Assembly (NCBI GenBank): GCA_944391395.1
Contig: CALXTI010000002.1
Location: forward strand, 108,163-172,162
Reading direction: 5' to 3'
Length of the DNA: 64,000 nucleotides
Origin: an uncultured Alphaproteobacteria bacterium
GTDB taxonomy: Bacteria > Pseudomonadota > Alphaproteobacteria > RF32 > CAG-239
This document shows, in pieces, positions 57,570 to 64,000 of the stretch (the stretch's first letter is position 1; each line of letters begins with the position of its first letter). The position numbers were made by a program, and so were the translations under genes. A model generated the notes under the pieces. That model was not told the DNA's origin. It saw nothing but the letters and a program-made list of their open reading frames with translations, and did no database searches.

Positions 57570-58371
57570 CAACGGACAACTCGGCTCAGAATTGAAAAAA
57601 CTTTTACCGGAGGCGGTTTTTGCCGATGTCGACGTGTTGGACATTACCGATGCCGGAGCCGTTTCGGCCTTTGTTCAAAATCATGATATCGATACAATAA
57701 TTAACTGCGCGGCGTATACGGCGGTCGATACGGCTGAAGACGAGCCGGAACTTGCCCGGCGCATCAATGTTGACGGACCGGCCAATCTAGCGGCAAGCGG
57801 GGCGAAAATAATCCATATTTCAACCGATTATGTTTTTGACGGTTGCGGCCACAAGCCTTATCAACCGGAAGATGACGCCTGCCCGGTTTCGGTTTACGGC
57901 AAAACCAAGCTGCAAGGCGAGCAAGAAGTCTTGAAACGGGCGGAAACCGCCGTGATAATCCGCACGGCGTGGCTTTATTCCCCGTATGGCAAGAACTTCG
58001 TCAAAACAATGCGGCGTTTGGGCGCGGAAAAAGAAAGCATTAATGTTGTTGCCGATCAAATCGGTTCGCCGACTTATGCCGGTGATTTGGCAGAAGCTAT
58101 TGTTAACATTCTGCCGCAGCTGGCGCCGAAAAAAAGCGGCGTTTATCATTTTACCGACGAAGGCGTTTGCTCGTGGTATGATTTTGCAACGGAGATTATG
58201 GAACAATCCGGTTTGAAATGCCGGGTTTGCCCAATCCCGACGGAAGCCTACCCGACCAAAGCCAAACGTCCGTTTTACAGTGTTTTGGATAAGAGCAAAA
58301 TCAAAGAAACATTTCATCTTTGCATTCCCCATTGGAAGGAGGGCTTGAAAAAATGCCTCAGACAATTTTAA
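57550..58371 (+). CDS. rmlD: dTDP-4-dehydrorhamnose reductase
   Basis: MFLITGSNGQLG, INCAAYTAVD, STDYVFDG, YGKTKLQGE. Confidence 0.93.
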   Translation: MFLITGSNGQLGSELKKLLPEAVFADVDVLDITDAGAVSAFVQNHDIDTIINCAAYTAVDTAEDEPELARRINVDGPANLAASGAKIIHISTDYVFDGCGHKPYQPEDDACPVSVYGKTKLQGEQEVLKRAETAVIIRTAWLYSPYGKNFVKTMRRLGAEKESINVVADQIGSPTYAGDLAEAIVNILPQLAPKKSGVYHFTDEGVCSWYDFATEIMEQSGLKCRVCPIPTEAYPTKAKRPFYSVLDKSKIKETFHLCIPHWKEGLKKCLRQF

Positions 58372-59363
58372 TTACCGGCGGCGCCGGTTTTATCGGTTCA
58401 AACTTTGTGCCTTATTTTGCCAAGAAATATCCGCAATATCGGATTATTAATCTCGACAAACTTACTTACGCCGGAAACTTGGACAACCTTAAAGAATGTG
58501 CGACACTTGAAAATTATCACTTTGTCCAAGGTGATATTTGCGATGCCCGGTTTGTGGAAGATTTGTTTCAAAAATATGATGTTCGCGGCGTCATACATTT
58601 TGCCGCCGAAAGCCATGTGGACAATTCGATTTCGGGGCCGAGGGCTTTTATCGAAACAAATATCGTCGGTACGTTTAATTTGTTGGAGGCGGCGCGGAAA
58701 AACTGGATGACGGCGCCCGGTCAAACGCGTGAAGGTTATGAAAACGCCCGTTTCCACCATATTTCCACCGATGAGGTATACGGTTCGCTCGGCGCGGACG
58801 GATATTTTAAGGAAACGACGCCTTATGCGCCGAACTCGCCGTATTCGGCCAGCAAAGCAAGCTCGGATTTTTTGGTGCGGGCGTATTTCCACACTTTTGG
58901 GCTTAATGTTACGACTTCCAACTGTTCAAACAATTACGGTCCGAAGCAGCATCCGGAAAAACTTATTCCGAAGATTATTGATAATTGTCTTAACGAAAAG
59001 CCCATCCCGATTTACGGCGACGGCAAAAACGTGCGCGACTGGCTTTTTGTTTTAGACCATTGCAAAGCGATAGATTTGATTTTTCATAACGGCAAAGCCG
59101 GTGAGACTTATAATGTCGGCGGACATAACGAAAAAAACAATCTGGAAATCGTCAACACGATTTGCGCCATTTTGGACGAGAAACGGCCGCGCAAGAGCGG
59201 AAAATATGCCGATTTAATCACCTTTGTCAAAGACCGCGCCGGTCATGACAAGCGATACGCCATCGACGCAACCAAACTTTCAACCGAACTGAAGTGGAAA
59301 GCGGAAGAAACTTTTGCCTCCGGCATTGTTAAAACCGTTAACTGGTATCTTGAAAACAAATAA
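58353..59363 (+). CDS. rmlB: dTDP-glucose 4,6-dehydratase
   Basis: GGAGG-N9-ATG at 58353; ILITGGAGFIGSNF, HFAAESHVDNSI, STDEVYG, SPYSASKASSD. Confidence 0.95.
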   Translation: MPQTILITGGAGFIGSNFVPYFAKKYPQYRIINLDKLTYAGNLDNLKECATLENYHFVQGDICDARFVEDLFQKYDVRGVIHFAAESHVDNSISGPRAFIETNIVGTFNLLEAARKNWMTAPGQTREGYENARFHHISTDEVYGSLGADGYFKETTPYAPNSPYSASKASSDFLVRAYFHTFGLNVTTSNCSNNYGPKQHPEKLIPKIIDNCLNEKPIPIYGDGKNVRDWLFVLDHCKAIDLIFHNGKAGETYNVGGHNEKNNLEIVNTICAILDEKRPRKSGKYADLITFVKDRAGHDKRYAIDATKLSTELKWKAEETFASGIVKTVNWYLENK

Positions 59364-59372
59364 GGAGAGAAA

Positions 59373-60386
59373 ATGCCGAAGATTTCCGTTTTGATGCCCA
59401 TATGGAACACACACATCGCTCACCTGCGCGCAGCGGTGGATAGCGTGTTGCGGCAGACATTTACGGACTTTGAGTTTATTATCTTAAACGACAGCCCCGG
59501 TAACAAGGCGCTACAGGCGTTTATCCGCACCTATCATGATGAACGGATAAAATATTATGAAAATCCGGAAAGTTTGGGCGTGGCTAAAAGCTATAACCGT
59601 TTGCTGGATTTGGCAACGGCGGAATATGCGGCAATGATGAATCATGATGATATATCCCTGCCCGAACGTTTGCAGCGGCAGTATGAATATCTGGAAGCTC
59701 ATCCGGAAATCGGGCTTGTTGGCACGGCTTATAAAAAGTTTGGCGAAATCAACCGCTTCAAAGTGGTGCAAAATCCCGCACGGCATGAAGAAATTATGGC
59801 GTCTTTGCTGTTTAAGGCACCCGTTCATCATCCGACGATTATGTTTCGACGCGCTTTGGCGGTTGACAACAATATTCGTTACAATGAAAATTTTGTCAGC
59901 CTAAATGATCGTCAACTTTATGACGATTTCGGCCAAATCACCAGGCTTGCCAACATCAGCGACGTGCTTTACAAATATCGTTTTCATAAAGATATGGTCA
60001 GCAAGCGCCTAAAAGAGGTTATTGCCGAAGAACAAAAAGCCTTTCACAAGGCATGGTTTGCTAAAAACGACATTGTGTTGACTGCCGGCGAGCAGACCGC
60101 TTTTGACACGTTTGTTACTGTCGGACGCTGCCGGATTAAAGATGCGGCAACGCTTGATTTGTTGAAACATGTTTTGGAAAAGCTGGAACAAGAAAATCAA
60201 ACGCGGCATTTTGCGGCAGAACCCGAATTTTCGCAAATTTGCGCGCAATATCTTATCAAACGTTGCTTGAACGCCGCCTTTTACGGTCGGGTGAACTCCA
60301 AAAAACTTTTGCAAAACACAACTCTTCCCGTGCACGCCAATTTATGGCTCAACGTGTGCAATCTGGCGCTGAAATGGAGAGCCTGA
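59373..60386 (+). CDS. GT2-family glycosyltransferase
   Basis: ISVLMPIWNTHIAHLRAAVDSVLRQTFTDFEFIILNDSP ... MNHDDIS (DxD-like). Confidence 0.85.
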   Translation: MPKISVLMPIWNTHIAHLRAAVDSVLRQTFTDFEFIILNDSPGNKALQAFIRTYHDERIKYYENPESLGVAKSYNRLLDLATAEYAAMMNHDDISLPERLQRQYEYLEAHPEIGLVGTAYKKFGEINRFKVVQNPARHEEIMASLLFKAPVHHPTIMFRRALAVDNNIRYNENFVSLNDRQLYDDFGQITRLANISDVLYKYRFHKDMVSKRLKEVIAEEQKAFHKAWFAKNDIVLTAGEQTAFDTFVTVGRCRIKDAATLDLLKHVLEKLEQENQTRHFAAEPEFSQICAQYLIKRCLNAAFYGRVNSKKLLQNTTLPVHANLWLNVCNLALKWRA

Positions 60387-60388
60387 AA

Positions 60389-61234
60389 ATGCGGATTGCG
60401 GTGCATTTACATTTATACTATCTTGAGCAGCTGCCGCGGATTCTGGCATATCTGAAGAATTTGGCGGGTGTTGATTATGATTTGATTGTAACGATGTGCG
60501 GCGAAGATGCCGCGGCGGAAAGCGGGTTGAAAGCTTTTAAGGCCGATGTACAAATCATTAAAGTTGAAAACCGTGGCTATGACGTGGGAGCGTTTATGGA
60601 ATTTTTGCATCGGATAAAACTTGATGATTATGATTATATTTTAAAATTGCACACCAAGAACACCACAAAAGGAAATTATACGCACCTTAACGGACGGCGG
60701 TTTGACAACGCTTTGTGGGCAAAAGTTTTGTGGAGTGCTCTGCTTAAAAGCCCCAAACAGGTAAAAGAAAATTTGCAACAGTTGGAAGAAAAACCTGAAA
60801 TCGGCATGGTTGCCGCGGCTTATTGCATCAGCGGCGAACATAAACTTTATGACAAATGGCTTGAAGAAATAAACTCTTGTCTGGCAGAGATGAATTTGCC
60901 GCAAGTGCGGGATTTTTCATTTGTCGCCGGTACGATGTTTTGGGCAAGAGCGGAAATTTTCAAGCCGTTTTTGCGTTACGGGTTAAAAGATTTTGCTCCG
61001 ACTGACGGCAAGATTAAAGAAGGAACAAAAGCGCATGTTTTTGAGCGGCTGTTCGGTGCGGCCGTTATGGCGCAAGGCTATGAAATCCGTGGTGTCAAGC
61101 AATGGCGCTACGGTTTATTATTGTTAAAAAGCGCCATCACACGCTTTTTTTACCAGAAAAAAATAACTACAAGCGGGAAAAAGCTGATTAAAATCTGCAA
61201 AATCCCGGTTTATTCGAAAAAAACAGAGGTATAA
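60389..61234 (+). CDS. Rhamnan-synthesis protein F (RgpF)-like glycosyltransferase
   Basis: ATG at 60389 (RBS TGGAGAG); MRIAVHLHLYYLEQLPRILAYLKNL..YDLIVT...VENRGYDVGAF...YILKLHTK...AGTMFWAR. The track start at 60239 overlaps the GT2 gene. Confidence 0.75.
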   Translation: MRIAVHLHLYYLEQLPRILAYLKNLAGVDYDLIVTMCGEDAAAESGLKAFKADVQIIKVENRGYDVGAFMEFLHRIKLDDYDYILKLHTKNTTKGNYTHLNGRRFDNALWAKVLWSALLKSPKQVKENLQQLEEKPEIGMVAAAYCISGEHKLYDKWLEEINSCLAEMNLPQVRDFSFVAGTMFWARAEIFKPFLRYGLKDFAPTDGKIKEGTKAHVFERLFGAAVMAQGYEIRGVKQWRYGLLLLKSAITRFFYQKKITTSGKKLIKICKIPVYSKKTEV

Positions 61235-61235
61235 A

Positions 61236-64000
61236 ATGGACTTACGGACTTTAAAGGTATTAAGATTTTTTCATTTAATTAACAAGAAGAAATATAATGA
61301 AAAGCGGCAGATAGAAATTGTCAAAGCATCGCCATTGTTTGATGCCAAGTGGTATTTGGAGCAAAACCCGGATGTCAAAGCCAAGAAAATCGGTGCGGCC
61401 AAACACTATGTCAAATGGGGCTGGAAAGAAGGCCGCAACCCAAGCAAAGAGTTTGATACCGAAGCCTACCTTGAACAATATCCCGAGCTTTTAGAAAAAA
61501 ATTGGTGCCCGCTGTTTCACTATATGCTGGAACATAAAGAGCTGATGCAGAAAGCGTTTAACAAAACTAAAGAAAAGAAAACTAAAACAGGAAAAGTAAC
61601 AGAATGTACAGATTATAAACTGATTGCCAAATCAAAGTATTTTGATAAGCGCTGGTATTTGAAAACATACCCGGATGTTAAGAAAGCCGGTGTCGACCCG
61701 GTAAAACACTATTTACAATTCGGTTGGAAAGAAGGACGGAATCCGAGCAAAAAGTTTAGTACCAATGATTATCTGGATTTAAATGCCGATGTTAAACGAG
61801 CTAAAATAAACCCGCTTTTGCATTATGAAAAATATGGAAAAAAAGAAGGTCGAAAATTCCAAAATCAAAAGTGTTCATCTGTTTTTTATAAATTGGCACA
61901 ATTTATTCGTACTTTTAAGAATAAAAAAATTAAAAAGATTGTTCTATTCTCCCATGAACTTACTTATACCGGCGCACCCCTTTCTTTGCTAAAAGCGGCA
62001 GAATGCTTAAAAGAACTTGGTTATCAAATTATTATCGTTTCTATAAAAGACGGTCCGTTAGCTGCAGAGTTTAGAAAAATCGGTAAAGTTTTCATTTCAA
62101 ACAATTTAAATAAAAGTTGTTTAATCGTTTCCTTTTGCGATTTTGCCATTATTAATACCATAACATTATATAATGAATATAATACTTTAAAAAATCTCAT
62201 CCCGACCGTATGGTGGATAAGAGAACCGGTGAGATTGCTTGAAGATAATAATTCTATGCGGATTTCTTTTATGAACGCCGACAATATTTACACTATGTCA
62301 GAATTTTCACGTGACGAATATCTTCCGTATAATTCTAAAGTTAAAATAATCAAACATGGAATAAAAGATTACTATCATCATGTGCATATAGGAAACGATA
62401 AATTTATTTTTACTGTTATCGGCACTATTGGAAAACGCAAAGGACAAGATGTTTTCATTGACGGCATTAAATTAGTTAATCATAAGATAAAAGATAAATG
62501 TGAATTTCATGTTTTGGGTTTGCCGTATGATAAAAGTTTTTTTTCAAATTTAATTAAAACATCATATGACGAAACGAATATTAAATTCCTTGACCCTATT
62601 TCTGACTTTGATTCCATGATAAGATATTATGAGAACATATCTTGTGTTGTCGTACCGTCTCGTGAAGAGCCAACATCTCGTGTAGCTTTGGAAGCCATGA
62701 TGATGGGAAAGCCGGCGATTATTTCTGATCGCGTTGGTGCTAGATATGTGTTAAAAGAAGGTGAGAATGGCTATACTTTTCCTTCGGAAAATGCCCAAGA
62801 ACTTGCTTCTTGTATTGAAAAAATGGCTGATAAAATAAAAAAATCTGCAGCTCAAATCGAAAAATCATGTCGTGAAGCTTATTTAAAAAATAATTCTCTT
62901 ACGGTTTTTAAAGAAGCTTTAAGCAACATGATTAAAGAAACTTTGCTCAATTATACTAAACAAAAAATCCTTGTACATCTTCATTTATTTTATCATGATC
63001 AGCTGGACTGGTTTTTAGCACAATTAAAAAACATAACCTGCCCTTATGATTTGTTTGTAACTTATGTTGTTGAAAATAAGGAAAGCAACAGTAAACTTAA
63101 ACAATTTAAGAAAGATGTCAATCTTGTCAAAGTCCCAAACCGCGGTTATGATGTAGCCCCATTTATCCACGTCTTAAATTCTGTTAATTTAGATAATTAT
63201 CGTTATATCTTAAAGTTACATACAAAAAATTTCCGCTCATCATATTGGTGCTATAACAGCATTAAATATATTAAATATCAATGGCGTAATGCATTGGTTA
63301 ATGCTCTTATAGGTTCAAAGGAAATTTTTAGAAAGAATTTACATGACTTAAAAAATGAATTTATCGGTATGATCGGTAATGAAAATTTAATTTCTCATAG
63401 AGGTGCTGCTGCTAATGAAGAACATCGACTGGCTATGTGCGAAAAACTTGGATATGATTCAAAATCAGACAGTTATATCTCCGGAACGATGTTTATTTGC
63501 AAAAGTTTCTTGATGAAAGATATTCAACATCTTAATTTGACATTTGATGATTTTGAAGCAACCGTTACGACAGGTATTACCGGCACGCTTGCACATGCCA
63601 TGGAAAGCATACTGGGTCATACGGTTGAAAACTATGGTTTGCAAATAAAAGGGAGAAAAATTTTTGAATGGCATGTCTTTTTAAATAAAATATGTAATAT
63701 TTGGGTTGGTTTCAAAAAAAGGTCGAAACACAATGATGAGTGGTATATTCAACATTCCAGATATTTTAATAAAAAATGGTATTTGAAAACTTATCAGGAT
63801 GTAAAGAAAACCGGTATGGATCCGGTAAAACATTATATGCAATTCGGCTGGAAAGAAGGCCGCAATCCCGGACCGAAGTTTGATACGAACTGGTATCTAA
63901 AGCGTTACAAAGATGTCAAGGCCGCAAAAGTCAATCCGCTTGTTCATTATGAAAAACACGGCAAATATGAGGGGCGCAATCCTTATGATATTCGCCATCA
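61236..64000 (+). CDS. Multidomain polysaccharide-synthesis protein: N-terminal repeats - GT4/GT1-fold glycosyltransferase - RgpF-like domain - C-terminal repeats (3' end outside window)
   Basis: Not in the ORF track (no stop in window). I read the frame codon by codon from the ATG at 61236 to 64000 (921 codons) and found no stop. GT4 block ~61935-62930 (KIVLFSHELTYTGAPLSL...EPTSRVALEAMMMGKPAIISD...GENGYTF). RgpF block ~62964-63650 (KILVHLHLFYHDQLDWFLAQLKNI..YDLFVT...VPNRGYDVAPF...YILKLHTKN...SGTMFICK). Repeats at 61338-61858 and 63759-64000. Confidence 0.85.
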   Translation, partial: MDLRTLKVLRFFHLINKKKYNEKRQIEIVKASPLFDAKWYLEQNPDVKAKKIGAAKHYVKWGWKEGRNPSKEFDTEAYLEQYPELLEKNWCPLFHYMLEHKELMQKAFNKTKEKKTKTGKVTECTDYKLIAKSKYFDKRWYLKTYPDVKKAGVDPVKHYLQFGWKEGRNPSKKFSTNDYLDLNADVKRAKINPLLHYEKYGKKEGRKFQNQKCSSVFYKLAQFIRTFKNKKIKKIVLFSHELTYTGAPLSLLKAAECLKELGYQIIIVSIKDGPLAAEFRKIGKVFISNNLNKSCLIVSFCDFAIINTITLYNEYNTLKNLIPTVWWIREPVRLLEDNNSMRISFMNADNIYTMSEFSRDEYLPYNSKVKIIKHGIKDYYHHVHIGNDKFIFTVIGTIGKRKGQDVFIDGIKLVNHKIKDKCEFHVLGLPYDKSFFSNLIKTSYDETNIKFLDPISDFDSMIRYYENISCVVVPSREEPTSRVALEAMMMGKPAIISDRVGARYVLKEGENGYTFPSENAQELASCIEKMADKIKKSAAQIEKSCREAYLKNNSLTVFKEALSNMIKETLLNYTKQKILVHLHLFYHDQLDWFLAQLKNITCPYDLFVTYVVENKESNSKLKQFKKDVNLVKVPNRGYDVAPFIHVLNSVNLDNYRYILKLHTKNFRSSYWCYNSIKYIKYQWRNALVNALIGSKEIFRKNLHDLKNEFIGMIGNENLISHRGAAANEEHRLAMCEKLGYDSKSDSYISGTMFICKSFLMKDIQHLNLTFDDFEATVTTGITGTLAHAMESILGHTVENYGLQIKGRKIFEWHVFLNKICNIWVGFKKRSKHNDEWYIQHSRYFNKKWYLKTYQDVKKTGMDPVKHYMQFGWKEGRNPGPKFDTNWYLKRYKDVKAAKVNPLVHYEKHGKYEGRNPYDIRH

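Overview
64-kb chromosomal window from a low-GC diderm bacterium. Several traits suggest an anaerobic or host-associated, alphaproteobacterium-like lineage, but this is inference and I cannot verify it without a search. The traits are: FtsZ with a very long acidic linker ending DIPSFLRRR; lspA followed by a DUF3035/BamF-like mini-lipoprotein and an M16 peptidase pair; an XRE-type regulator; and rubrerythrin.

Gene content from left to right:
- Envelope and stress genes: HdeD-like, YgiW-like, XRE regulator, aldo-keto reductase, OMP beta-barrel, DUF4139-like.
- Glycogen-remodelling operon glgB-glgX-malQ, then trmJ, cysE and an alpha/beta-hydrolase + HD-domain pair.
- A condensed division/cell-wall cluster, mraY-ftsW-murB-ftsQ-ftsA-ftsZ, on the minus strand.
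- folA-thyA, tRNA-Asp, M23 peptidase, rubrerythrin, pepA.
- An HNH-like/SUKH-like gene pair translationally coupled into the tsaC operon.
- A metallothionein-like/SIMPL fusion protein.
- A sulfatase/PEtN-transferase-like membrane protein coupled to orphan yejE-yejF.
- pip, a NUDIX hydrolase, and tRNA-Ser followed by a 209-bp tandem array built from the tRNA's own 3' end.
- mutL, pgi, two M16 peptidases, lspA, a TSUP exporter, corA, tRNA-Leu.
- An orphan pilin-like gene with an A13 tract in its promoter spacer, then a MATE pump.
- A surface-polysaccharide locus: a serine-recombinase-like gene lacking its catalytic residues, rmlACDB, GT2, RgpF, and an open-ended ORF of more than 921 codons (repeat-GT4-RgpF-repeat). 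That ORF runs off the right edge and is missing from the supplied ORF track.

I saw no rRNA, CRISPR array, transposase, integrase or phage structural genes.

Best candidates for something new:
1. The HNH-like + SUKH-like pair (29805-31741).
2. The degenerate recombinase with an inverted-repeat-flanked promoter, heading a mosaic rhamnan-type locus (55341-64000).
3. The tRNA-Ser 3'-end tandem/inverted repeat array (41782-42250).
4. The duplicated terminator module enclosing a densely structured ~190-nt segment downstream of tRNA-Asp (25401-25726).

All functional calls rest on by-eye motif recognition and need database or structure confirmation.
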